Part shown: one piece after another, positions 9,409-19,121 of the stretch
Position numbering within the stretch: position 1 is the first letter of the stretch
How the letters are laid out: every line of letters starts with the position of its first letter
Source of the DNA: Planctomycetota bacterium
GTDB taxonomy: Bacteria > Planctomycetota > PLA2 > JAEUHO01
NCBI GenBank assembly: GCA_965223505.1
Contig: CBDCWP010000004.1
Coordinates: forward strand, 1 to 64,000
Direction of reading: 5' to 3'
Length of the DNA stretch: 64,000 nucleotides
Program-made: the position numbers and the translations under genes
The notes under the pieces: model-generated
Told to the model about the DNA's origin: nothing
What the model saw: only the letters and a program-made list of their open reading frames with translations
The model's database searches: none

Positions 9409-12400
9409 ATGGCCGATTCGCGCACCCTCCGCTTCCTGTTCGCTTTCGTGCTGATCCTGTCGATCGGCGTGCCGGCCGCCTACGCGCGGGGCCGGGACAC
9501 GCCCGGGAAGCCGCCCAAGCGGGACGGCTTCGACTTCGGCGGTCCCGGCGCGGAGCCGACGTCGTCGAGCGAGAAGGACCCGAAGCCGCGCGAGGTCGAT
9601 CCCGAGATCACCGATCCGGTCATGGCGGAGATCGCGCAGCTCGGCCGGTGGGGGAGCCGCAAGTCCAAGCTCGCCGCGGAAGCGCTGTTCCTGCGCGGCG
9701 CAGAGGCCATTCCCTACATGGTTCGCGCGCTCAAGGACAAGAGCAAGGAGGCGGCGCCCGTGCAGCCGGGCTGTGCGTGGGTGCTCGGCAAGATCGGCCA
9801 GAAGGAGCACATCCCCGTCATCCTGAGCGCGGCAGCGAGCCGTCCCAACGGCAGCCAGGCGCGCGTGTTCTTCACGGCCGCGTACGGTCTCGACGGCCCG
9901 ACCACGAAGCGCTGGCTCATCGGGTTCCTGACGTTGAACCGGCCGGTGTTCCGTGAGAAGGCGGCGCTGTACCTGACGGAGAAGGTCGGCCCCGAAGACA
10001 AGGACCGGATCCTCGAGCTGCTGGAGTCGGACAAGGCCGCGGTACGCGTCGCCGGGCTGCAGCTCATCGAGCCGGCCGGCGTCGAAGACGCGACCGACCG
10101 TTTGATCGCGGCGCTCTCCGACATCTCGCCCAAGGTCGCGCGCAAGGCGGCGCTGCTCCTGGCGCTCAAGGGCAATGAAGAGACGATCGCGCGGCTGAAC
10201 GCGCTCGCGCGGGAAGGCGACGCCCGTGAGCGCGCGTATGCGACGCTGGCGCTGGTCGAGACGCACCGCGCCCACAGCAAGAATCCCTTCGAGCCCGCGA
10301 CGTTGACCGAGCTGATCGGCCGCCGCGGGATGCTGCACCCCGACAAGCTCAGCCGTTCATCGGCCGCGGTCGGCCTGGCGTACGGCGCGCTCGACTCGAA
10401 CGACGCGAGCTTGACCGGCCTGCTGGACTCGACCGTCGTCGACGTGCTCATCGACGCCGTCGGCGGCGACCACTTCCGCGACTACGCGAGCATGACCGAG
10501 TTCGTCTTTGCCGCGCTGCGCCGGCTGTCGGGGCGCAAGTTCCCCAACAACGCGGTCGCGTGGGGCCAGTGGTGGCAGGTCGAGCGGGGCCGCTTCCGCG
10601 CGCGCCGGCCGTTGCGCACCATCTCCGCCACCGACCTGCCGCGCGCCTACGTGCGCTTCGAGGCCACCGAGGCGGACGGACGCAGTCACTGGGCCGAGTT
10701 CGTCTCCGCGGACGGCGAGCAGCGCGAGGACGCGTTCCTGCTGTCCACCGAGGTGTTCCGCGCGCTGGTCTCGACCCTGACGGACGCCGGCATCTTCACC
10801 GTCGAGGACCGGCGCGAGCCGCGCGCCGACGAACACATCGCGGTGTCCCTCGGCGTCATGAACCAACGCAAGCAGATGGTGCTCACGCCGGCCGAGAACG
10901 AGATGGCGTTCATGCGCTTGAAGATGCGCTTCATGTCGCTCATCGACGCCAACCTGTGGCAGCGCTATCGCGACAAGGACAAGACGGCCGACGCGCGCAC
11001 TTGGTGGGAGAAGAACGGCCCGATCATGGCCGAAGCGGGCCCGGACGAGCGCGCCAAGATGCTGCAGGCCGCGATCGTCTACTCGTTCGACGACCTCCCG
11101 GATGCCGAGGCGCGGGAAGACGCGTTGGTGCGGCTCCAGGACATGAACGCGCAGCTGACCAAGGCGCAGATGCGTGATCTCGCGAAGGCGTTGACGCAGA
11201 CCCCGTCGTTCGGCGATCTGGAGGCGCGCGGCCTCGAGTGGATCATCGAACAGGGCGACGACTCGGTGCGCGAAGATCTCATCGCGGCGGTCGCGGACCG
11301 GATCGAGCCGCGCGCGCAGGAGATCCTGGCCAACTTGCTGGAGGTGGCCGGTGTCGAGCGCCTGCGCGAGGGCTTCGCCGATCCCCGTGCCTCGATGCGC
11401 GCGGCGTCCGCACGCGCGGCGCGCGGCCTCGTGCAGACGACGGAGGTCACCGAGCTCTCGACCGAACAGCTCACGCAGCTCTTCGAGCAACTGCGTCCCG
11501 GTCTCGAGGTGCTGGCGCTCGACGACGAGCCGAAGGTGGCCATCCAGGCGTTGCTCGGGTTGGCGTACCTCGGCGAGCGGGACATCGCGCCGCGGCTCGA
11601 GGAGTACTACAAGACCGGCAACCTCGCCGTGAAGCTGCAGGTCGCCGACGCCCTCGGACGGCTGCCGTCCGCGCAAGGCCACGGGCTCCTGACGCTGATG
11701 ATCAACGAGGAGCGCAAGGAGGGCAGTGGGCAGATTCGCGCCGCCGTGCTCGAGGCGATGGCGCGCTCGCGCCACCCCAAGGCCATCAAGCTGCTCGTCT
11801 TCTACCTGCTCAACGACGCCGACCCCCGCGTGAACGCGAAGGCCGGCGAGGTCCTTGCGGAGATGGGCACCGCCGACGCGCGGTTCGCGCTGCTCGATCC
11901 GCTGGTGCGAGGCGAGGCCGATCCCATGCGTCGTGCCCGGCTCGTCGACGTGCTCGGCCGCTTCGAAGGGGAAGCCGTCGGTCCGTTGCTGTTGCGCCAC
12001 CTCGGCGACAAGGACATCCGGGTCGTGGCCGCCGCCGCGCTGCGCGGCGCGGAGCACGATCTGCCCGAGGCGGTGCCGTACTTGATCAGCTTGTTGCGCC
12101 GCGGGCAGGGAACCGAGCGCGAACGCGCGCTGCAGGCCCTGGAGATGCTGACGTCGATGCGCTTCGAGGAGACGGGCTACAGTCTCGTCGCCGAGCGCTA
12201 CGAGAAGTGGTACGAGTCGAATGCCGCCGGCAATCCGCGGGTCTGGTTCCGCGCCGCGCTCAAGCGCCGCGGCTACGAGACGGCGGCGCTCGCGACCTAC
12301 GTCGCCGGGCAGCCGGAGCTGACGCCGGTTCCGATGCTGATTCGCGTGCTGCGCGACTCGGATCCGGTACTGCGGCGCAACGCGGCGCGCGCGCTGACGC

Positions 12401-12525
12401 AGGTCACGCGCCGCTCCTTCGGCGTCGTGGAGCGCAACACGACGGCGCGCGATGCCGCGAAGATCGCGGACCGGTGGTCGCATTGGTGGGAGACCGGGCC
12501 CGCGGGCGGCGGCGAGAGGAAGTGA
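9409..12525 (+). CDS. Large secreted HEAT-repeat protein
   Basis: Signal peptide; many HEAT-like units (LIAALSDISPKVARKAA, LIRVLRDSDPVLRRNAARAL). Confidence 0.8.
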   Translation: MADSRTLRFLFAFVLILSIGVPAAYARGRDTPGKPPKRDGFDFGGPGAEPTSSSEKDPKPREVDPEITDPVMAEIAQLGRWGSRKSKLAAEALFLRGAEAIPYMVRALKDKSKEAAPVQPGCAWVLGKIGQKEHIPVILSAAASRPNGSQARVFFTAAYGLDGPTTKRWLIGFLTLNRPVFREKAALYLTEKVGPEDKDRILELLESDKAAVRVAGLQLIEPAGVEDATDRLIAALSDISPKVARKAALLLALKGNEETIARLNALAREGDARERAYATLALVETHRAHSKNPFEPATLTELIGRRGMLHPDKLSRSSAAVGLAYGALDSNDASLTGLLDSTVVDVLIDAVGGDHFRDYASMTEFVFAALRRLSGRKFPNNAVAWGQWWQVERGRFRARRPLRTISATDLPRAYVRFEATEADGRSHWAEFVSADGEQREDAFLLSTEVFRALVSTLTDAGIFTVEDRREPRADEHIAVSLGVMNQRKQMVLTPAENEMAFMRLKMRFMSLIDANLWQRYRDKDKTADARTWWEKNGPIMAEAGPDERAKMLQAAIVYSFDDLPDAEAREDALVRLQDMNAQLTKAQMRDLAKALTQTPSFGDLEARGLEWIIEQGDDSVREDLIAAVADRIEPRAQEILANLLEVAGVERLREGFADPRASMRAASARAARGLVQTTEVTELSTEQLTQLFEQLRPGLEVLALDDEPKVAIQALLGLAYLGERDIAPRLEEYYKTGNLAVKLQVADALGRLPSAQGHGLLTLMINEERKEGSGQIRAAVLEAMARSRHPKAIKLLVFYLLNDADPRVNAKAGEVLAEMGTADARFALLDPLVRGEADPMRRARLVDVLGRFEGEAVGPLLLRHLGDKDIRVVAAAALRGAEHDLPEAVPYLISLLRRGQGTERERALQALEMLTSMRFEETGYSLVAERYEKWYESNAAGNPRVWFRAALKRRGYETAALATYVAGQPELTPVPMLIRVLRDSDPVLRRNAARALTQVTRRSFGVVERNTTARDAAKIADRWSHWWETGPAGGGERK

Positions 12526-13064
12526 GGCGCCGCGGCGCGCTTGCGATCTTGCTCCTCGCGTTCGTGACCGGCGTGCTCGCGGGCCGCGCGTACGGCACGC
12601 GCACGCCGAACCTCGCTCGATACGACGAGGACATCGAACTCGCGGCGGCCGAGGCCGGGATCGATGCGGACCTGCTGCGCGCGGTCGTCGCGTCGGAGAG
12701 CGGCGGCGATCCGCAGGCGCGCAGCCGCGCCGGCGCGGTCGGACTGTGCCAGCTGATGCCGGCGACGGCGGAGGCGCTGGCCGCGGACGTAGGCATCGAG
12801 TCGTACGCGCCGAAGCGTCTCTACGAGCCGCGGGTGAACCTGCGCCTGGGGGCGGCGTATCTGCGGCGGATGCTCGCGCGCTACGAAGGCCGGGCGCCGC
12901 TGGCGTTGGCGGCGTACAACGCGGGCGGGCGGCATGTGAACCGCTGGCGCCGTCGCGCGCCGGACGCGTCACCGCGCGAGGTCATCGAGCGCGAGGGCTA
13001 TCGAGAGACGCGCGGCTTCGTGAACAGGGTCTTGCGCCTGCGGAAGCGCTACGCCGACGAGTGA
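12522..13064 (+). CDS. Lytic transglycosylase (SLT domain)
   Basis: AVVASESGG, GAVGLCQLMPATA, ALAAYNAG, ETRGFV. GTG start overlaps the upstream stop. Confidence 0.92.
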   Translation: MRRRGALAILLLAFVTGVLAGRAYGTRTPNLARYDEDIELAAAEAGIDADLLRAVVASESGGDPQARSRAGAVGLCQLMPATAEALAADVGIESYAPKRLYEPRVNLRLGAAYLRRMLARYEGRAPLALAAYNAGGRHVNRWRRRAPDASPREVIEREGYRETRGFVNRVLRLRKRYADE

Positions 13065-13080
13065 CGCGGACGACGAATTC

Positions 13081-14808
13081 CTAGCCGCCGATGGCCATCA
13101 GGAACTCGGCATTCGTCTTGTGCGTCTTCATCTTCTTCCGCAACGCCGTCATGACCGCCTGCGGTTCCTGCCCCGTGATGCCCCGGCGCAGCACCGACAC
13201 GCGCTTCAGCTCGTCCGGATGCAACAGGAGATCCTCGTTGCGCGTTCCCGACGCGGGCAGGTTGATCGCCGGCCACACGCGCGTGTTCGCCATGTCGCGG
13301 TCGAGGATCACCTCCATGTTGCCCGTGCCCTTGAACTCCTCGAAGATCACCTCGTCCATGCGGCTGCCGGTGTCGACCAACGCCGTCGCGATGATCGTCA
13401 GGCTGCCGCCGTCTTCCACGTTGCGCGCGGAACCGAAGAAGCGCTTCGGCTTCGTCAGCGCGTTCGCATCGAGGCCGCCCGACAGGATGCGGCCGCTGCC
13501 GCCCGCCTGGTTGTTGTAGGCGCGGCCCATGCGCGTGATCGAGTCGAGGAGCAGCACGACGTCCTGCCCGAACTCGACCATGCGCTTGACCTTCTCGATC
13601 ACCAGCTCCGCAACGCGAATGTGGTTGCTCGCGGGACGGTCGAACGTCGACGCGACGACCTCGCCGCGCACGGAGCGACGCATGTTGGTCACCTCTTCCG
13701 GCCGTTCGTCGAGCAGCAGCACCACGATCTGCACGTTCGGGCTGTTCAACGCGACCGCATCGGCGATCTTCGTGAGCAGGACGGTCTTGCCGGTGCGCGG
13801 CGGCGCCACGATCAGCGCCCGCTGCCCCATCCCGAGCGGGCAGAAGAGATCCATGACGCGCATCTCGACGTCGTCCTGCGCTGTCTCCAGCACGAACCGC
13901 TGGTCCGGATGGATGACCGTGAGCTTCTCGAACGGGACCATGTCCTTGATCGACTCGGGATCCTCGTCGTTGACCTTGTCGATCGAGTGCAGCGCGAGCT
14001 GCGGATGCCCCGGACTCTTCCGATGCGCGCGGCCTTCGATCCAATGGCCCGGCTTCAGGCTCAAGCGGCGAATCAGCCCCGCCGGGACGTAGATGTCCGT
14101 CGGGTGCTGGGAGAAGTTGCGCTCCGGGCGCCGCAGGAACCCGTAGCCGTCCGGATGCATCTCCAGCAGCCCGTCGCAGTGAATCGACTCGCGCTCGCGC
14201 TCCCGCTCGCGGCGTCGCGCCGCGGGGCGCTCGTTCATCAAGCGGTAGATCGTCTCGGCGCGCCGCTCGCGTCGACGCGACTTGAGCCCGGCCTCTTTCA
14301 CCAGGGCAGCGAGCTCGTCGTCGGAGAGGTCCTCGAGCGTCGAGACGTGCAGGGTGCCGGCTTTCACGCCCTCGAGGATCTCCATCGGTTTCGCGCCCTT
14401 CGGCGCGGTGCGGGACGGCTCGACGATCTCGTCGTCCTCGACGGGAACGAAGTCCTCTTCCTCGTCGGGCAGCGGCGGGATGACGCGGGCGCGCCGGCGT
14501 GCTTCCGGGAGGGGCACGTCGGTGTCGTCGTCGATCGGCGTATCGACCGGCGGCGGCGCCTCGTCGACCTCGGGCGCGATCTCGGCAGCCGGTTCGTCCG
14601 TGTCCACCTCGTCGGCGTCCTTGCGCTTGGTGGAACGCCCGTTGCGTTTGGCCGCGCTCGACTTGCGGGTCGCCGACTTGCGCCGCCCGGCCTTACGTTT
14701 CGTCGCGGCCTTCTTCTTGGCCGCCTTCTTCTTCGCGGCCTTCTTCTTCGCCGGGCGCTTGGCCGTCGCCTTCTTGCGTCCCTTCGCGCTCTTCTTCTTT
14801 GCAGCCAT
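13081..14808 (-). CDS. rho: Transcription termination factor Rho with long Lys/Ala-rich then acidic N-terminal extension
   Basis: DGYGFLR, APPRTGKT, DERPEEVT, LDSITR, FEEFKGTGNME. Start at MAAKKKSAKG. Confidence 0.96.
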   Translation of the reverse strand: MAAKKKSAKGRKKATAKRPAKKKAAKKKAAKKKAATKRKAGRRKSATRKSSAAKRNGRSTKRKDADEVDTDEPAAEIAPEVDEAPPPVDTPIDDDTDVPLPEARRRARVIPPLPDEEEDFVPVEDDEIVEPSRTAPKGAKPMEILEGVKAGTLHVSTLEDLSDDELAALVKEAGLKSRRRERRAETIYRLMNERPAARRRERERERESIHCDGLLEMHPDGYGFLRRPERNFSQHPTDIYVPAGLIRRLSLKPGHWIEGRAHRKSPGHPQLALHSIDKVNDEDPESIKDMVPFEKLTVIHPDQRFVLETAQDDVEMRVMDLFCPLGMGQRALIVAPPRTGKTVLLTKIADAVALNSPNVQIVVLLLDERPEEVTNMRRSVRGEVVASTFDRPASNHIRVAELVIEKVKRMVEFGQDVVLLLDSITRMGRAYNNQAGGSGRILSGGLDANALTKPKRFFGSARNVEDGGSLTIIATALVDTGSRMDEVIFEEFKGTGNMEVILDRDMANTRVWPAINLPASGTRNEDLLLHPDELKRVSVLRRGITGQEPQAVMTALRKKMKTHKTNAEFLMAIGG

Positions 14809-14941
14809 GGATGGTGCAGTTCCTTCGATTGCGCGTGTGGCCGTTACGGCACCGGACGCGCTCCGGGTGGGGTGGGTGCCGCGCGCATTCGTTCGATGTG
14901 AACAAGTGCGCGAAGCCGGAAGAAACGATCCGTTGCGGGTG

Positions 14942-15565
14942 CTAGACCTGCGTTTCGATGCCCACGCCCAGCGCAACGAGCCCGGCGCGCACCTGTCGAA
15001 TCAGCTCTTCGTCGTCTACGTCGTTCCGAATGATCAGATCCGCGCGTTCGCGCTTGCGTTCGAGCGGGCTCTGATTTCGTTCTCTCTTCTTGGCGTCCTC
15101 GGCGCTCAGGCCGCGCTCTTCCGCGCGTTGCATGCGAACGGACTCCGGCGCGTCAACGAACCAGAGGACGTCGCACCGCCGGTCGAGCCCAACCTCGAGC
15201 AGGAGAGGAACGTCGAGCACCAAAAGGGCGGTACCGCCGGACCGGCGGTGCGCTTGCACGCTCTCCTTGACGAGCGCCATCACCTTGGGGTGCGTCAGCC
15301 TCTCCAGCCTACGCAACAACGGGGGATTGCTGAACACTTGCGCAGCCAGCGCCGCGCGATCCGCGCCGCCGTCCTCGGCCACGAACTGGGCGCCCAGCTC
15401 CTTCTCGAGCCGGCCCTCGCGCGCGCAGGCGTCGAGCGCTTCGTGGGCGAGCTGGTCCGCGTCGACCACCTCGGCCCCCGTCAGCTGGGACAGCAGCGCG
15501 GCCACGTGGGACTTCCCCGACCCGATGCCGCCTAACAAACCGAGAACGATGCGCTGGTTGTCCAA
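14942..15565 (-). CDS. coaE: Dephospho-CoA kinase
   Basis: GLLGGIGSGKS, DADQLAH, LTHPKV, LDVPLLLE. Start (TTG) uncertain. Confidence 0.92.
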   Translation of the reverse strand: MDNQRIVLGLLGGIGSGKSHVAALLSQLTGAEVVDADQLAHEALDACAREGRLEKELGAQFVAEDGGADRAALAAQVFSNPPLLRRLERLTHPKVMALVKESVQAHRRSGGTALLVLDVPLLLEVGLDRRCDVLWFVDAPESVRMQRAEERGLSAEDAKKRERNQSPLERKRERADLIIRNDVDDEELIRQVRAGLVALGVGIETQV

Positions 15566-16131
15566 GGGACTCCGATCGGATGCCCGGTCTCCATGCGGCT
15601 TGGCAGACGGCCAGCCGCGAGAGACGTCACGTCGCCGCCGGGGATCTCTGGCTTCCGGGTCACTCAAGGTGGTGTGTGCCTCACGAACGGCGCTCCGTGG
15701 CCGCCCCACGCCCCCCCAGGCCCGTCTGGAACGGGCCGCGCTTGACGGGCCCGTCCGGTCGCCACACGGTGACCGGCAAACAACGCCGAGACCTGCCGGC
15801 CGCGCCGAATCGAACAAGGAGGAGCGGGCGGCGCTCAGGAGGGAAGTCCGACGGGGCGCGGGGCCCCGTCTCCGCGTGACCACCATAGAGATGCGCTCGG
15901 AGGGGTCAAGCCGGAACCCCCGTTCGGGGCCCGATTTGCGGCGGCCAGCCGAGTGTGTGGATGTTGACGCCCGCGCGGAGGCGCTGCTACCGTATCGAGC
16001 CGGTGGGAGGACTGGTCGGTTGGGCTGGCTGGTTCCGGCTCCCCGTGCAGCCACACGGCGTCGCCGCGTGGTGCGGGGCGCTGTTTCCTCGTACCGTTTC
16101 GCAATTCGCTCACCCCCCTACGGAGACAGCT

Positions 16132-17796
16132 ATGCGCTCTCTCAACCGGCTTCAGCGCGGCAGCACGAACTGGCCGTTCGTCATCGCGCTCCTCCTTCTG
16201 ATCGTCTTCATCTACCTCTGGTACGACTGCACCGACAAGCGCGACACCCAGATGGCGCGTGCGGACAAGGCCGAGAAAGAGATCGCCGACCTGCGCAAGG
16301 TCAACACGGCGGCCGGCGAGGAACTCAACGCCATCGCGGCGCTCATCGGCTTCAAGAAGGCGTACGAGGGGGGCATTCCGGACACGGTCACCGTGGATCG
16401 CGCGCTGCTGGAGCAGCACCTCGCCGACAACGGCTCGATCGCCGGCGACGACGGCGCGGTCGACGGGCTCGTCGCGCTGCTGATCAAGGAAGCCGTCCTC
16501 AAGATGGAGAAGGAGCTCCGTCCCGAGGGCGCGACCAGCGGAACCGAGAAGAGCTACAAGTCCAAGGTCATGTCCGAAGAGCTGAAGAACGCGCTCGCGG
16601 ACCTGCCCGAGGTGCCGAGCGCGCCGCCCATGCCCATGGACCAGGGCGATGCGGACGCGATGGCCGAGTACAAGCAGAAGCTCGCGGACTACGAAGCAGC
16701 TGTAGCGGCCTACCGTCAGAAGATGACCGAGCTGTCGCAGATGGAGGGCTTCGAAGAGGTCGCCACGACGATCATGCTGTCGCCGCGCGGCAACCCGGAC
16801 GGGAAGAACCTCGTCGAGATCCGGATGTTCGGCCCGCTCGAGGAGCTCACCGTTCGCGACCTGATCGCGAAGCTGCCGCAGATTCACCGTCAGCTGATCA
16901 AGGAGTTCGTCGCGCACAAGAACGCCGACACGGCCACGATCGTTCAGCTGCGCGAGGACATCAATCAGCGCAACGAGGAGATCACGCGGCTGCAGGGTGA
17001 GCTCAAGACCGAGCAGGAAGCGCACCAGCGCGACCTGGCGAACGCCGAGACGCAGCTCAACGAGGCGAACGAGCGCACCAACATCAACTTGATCGCGAAG
17101 ACCAACGCCGAGCAGGCGCTGGCTCTCGAGAAGGAAGGGCGTCGCAAGGACGTCGGCAAGCTGACGCAGGAGCTCGAGGCGCGCAAGGAAGCGCTGCGCA
17201 TCCTCAAGCAGAAGCGCGACCTCGTCATTCGCCGCGACGACATCGACGGCAAGATCCTGGCGGCCAGCAACTCGCTGCGCACCGCCACGATCAACCTCGG
17301 CTTCAAGGACAAGGTCTACGTCGGCCAGCAGTTCAACGTGAGCGCGTTGAACAACGTCGGCGACCGCGTCCCGAAGGGCGAGGTCATGGTCACGCGCGTC
17401 ACGGGCGATCACTCCGCTCGCGCCCGCATCACCAGCGCCACCTCGATGCTCGGGAGCGGCGATCTCATTCACAACCCGTTCTACAGCCCGACCGAGTCGA
17501 TCCACGTGTGGTTCGCCGGCACGCTGGACAAGTGGCCCCGCGAGATGGCCGCGCAGCGCCTTGGACAGATGAACGTCACCGTCCAGGACGCGATGAACGG
17601 CAAGACCGACTACGTCGTGGTCCCCGACTCCTGGGTGCTTGCCGAGGAGGCGGCGCCGACCGGCGACGAGGATGAGGAGGAAGAAGACGAGGACAGCGGT
17701 GCGGCCAGCCCGCTGGACCAGGTCCGCAAGGCGGCGCGTCTGAACGGCGCGACCATCATCACGGAGAGCCTGCTGGACGCGTTCCTCGACTTCTAA
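16132..17796 (+). CDS. Membrane-anchored coiled-coil protein with putative C-terminal BRCT-like domain
   Basis: N-terminal TM segment, long heptad-rich region, C-terminal ...KTDYVVV...ARLNGATIITESLLDAFL. GGAG RBS. Confidence 0.7.
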   Translation: MRSLNRLQRGSTNWPFVIALLLLIVFIYLWYDCTDKRDTQMARADKAEKEIADLRKVNTAAGEELNAIAALIGFKKAYEGGIPDTVTVDRALLEQHLADNGSIAGDDGAVDGLVALLIKEAVLKMEKELRPEGATSGTEKSYKSKVMSEELKNALADLPEVPSAPPMPMDQGDADAMAEYKQKLADYEAAVAAYRQKMTELSQMEGFEEVATTIMLSPRGNPDGKNLVEIRMFGPLEELTVRDLIAKLPQIHRQLIKEFVAHKNADTATIVQLREDINQRNEEITRLQGELKTEQEAHQRDLANAETQLNEANERTNINLIAKTNAEQALALEKEGRRKDVGKLTQELEARKEALRILKQKRDLVIRRDDIDGKILAASNSLRTATINLGFKDKVYVGQQFNVSALNNVGDRVPKGEVMVTRVTGDHSARARITSATSMLGSGDLIHNPFYSPTESIHVWFAGTLDKWPREMAAQRLGQMNVTVQDAMNGKTDYVVVPDSWVLAEEAAPTGDEDEEEEDEDSGAASPLDQVRKAARLNGATIITESLLDAFLDF

Positions 17797-17823
17797 AGCA
17801 GTCGACCGAACAACCAGACATCT

Positions 17824-17856
17824 GAGGGCCGGCGGAGGGATCCGCCGGCCCTCTTC
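17824..17856 (+). terminator. GC-rich hairpin, probable intrinsic terminator
   Basis: GAGGGCCGGCGGA-ggga-TCCGCCGGCCCTC, a 13-bp perfect stem just after the stop codon. Confidence 0.7.
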
Positions 17857-18051
17857 AATTCGTCATCGACGCACGCCGATCTACAATCGAGCTGACGAAT
17901 CTCTCGTCGCCGAAGGTCGTCGCCCGCGATCCGAGCGCCTGGCGAAGTGCGCTGCGATTCTCGTGACCGATTCGGAAACCACGGCCCGAAGAGGCTGGCA
18001 GCCACCCGCGCATCGAAGGCTATGCTTGCGCCGTAGATCGGTTTCCCCGCG

Positions 18052-18981
18052 ATGATCCCTGACGACGCCACCCACGATCCGATGCGCGACCCCGAAGACG
18101 ACCTGCCGCGCATGACGCTGCCGGAGCACTTGAACGAGCTGCGGGCGCGGCTGTTCCGCTCCATGATCGCGATCGTCGTCGGCATGGTGATCGCGTTCTT
18201 CTTCTACTACGAGATCTTCGAGTTCGTGACCGCGCCGTTCAACGAGGCCGCGATCAAGCTCGGAAAGCCCGAGCTCAAGCTCAACGTGATCGACCCGGGC
18301 GAGGCGTTCATGCAGACGCTGAAGCTGTGCTTCCTCGCGGGCGTCGTCGCCGTCGCGCCGATCGTGCTGTGGCAGATGTGGGGCTTCATCTCGGCGGGGC
18401 TGTACGACAAGGAGAAGCGCTACGTGCGCATCTTCTTCCCGGTATCGATCGTCCTGTTCGGTTTGGGCCTGTTGGCGGCGTACGTCATCCTGATCCCGTT
18501 CGGCATGCGGTTCCTGCTGGGATGGGCCGGGTCGCTGCCCGAGATCACGAACACGATTCGCCTCGAGTCGTACGTATCGACGTGCCTGACGATGGTTTTC
18601 GCGATGGGGCTGCTGTTCGAGCTACCGCTCGTGATGCTGTTCCTGCAGGCCACCGACATCGTGCGGCGCGAGACGTTCAAGAAGGGCTGGCGCGTCGCGG
18701 TCGTCGTCTCGTTCATCCTCGGCATGTTGTTGACGGACCCGAGCCCGATCACGCAGATCATGATGGCGATCCCGGTGGTGGGGCTCTACTGGCTGGGGGT
18801 GTGGGGCGGCCGCTTCGTGGGGGAGAATCCCGAGCGGTTCCGGCTCTGGAAGGCGTGGCCCATCTTCTTGGGCGCGACGATCTTCACCTTGATGTTGGTG
18901 TACGCGGACACGCTGAACGACTGGGCCGCCGAAATCTTCGGGCCGGACGAGACGCCCACGAAAGAAGCGCCGGACGAGTAG
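18052..18981 (+). CDS. tatC: Twin-arginine translocase subunit TatC
   Basis: MTLPEHLNELRARL, QMWGFISAGLYDKEK, FELPLV, multiple TM segments. Confidence 0.95.
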   Translation: MIPDDATHDPMRDPEDDLPRMTLPEHLNELRARLFRSMIAIVVGMVIAFFFYYEIFEFVTAPFNEAAIKLGKPELKLNVIDPGEAFMQTLKLCFLAGVVAVAPIVLWQMWGFISAGLYDKEKRYVRIFFPVSIVLFGLGLLAAYVILIPFGMRFLLGWAGSLPEITNTIRLESYVSTCLTMVFAMGLLFELPLVMLFLQATDIVRRETFKKGWRVAVVVSFILGMLLTDPSPITQIMMAIPVVGLYWLGVWGGRFVGENPERFRLWKAWPIFLGATIFTLMLVYADTLNDWAAEIFGPDETPTKEAPDE

Positions 18982-19121
18982 GAGCGGTCTCGTACCCGCC
19001 CGTCCCGTCGACCTCTTGGTTGCGCTCGACGCCGGTCCGGGCGCCGGCATCGGGATCGGCGCCGGCAACGGGTTCGGTATCGCGTTCGGGTCCGGCGTCT
19101 CGGCGCTACCCTTCCCGCATC

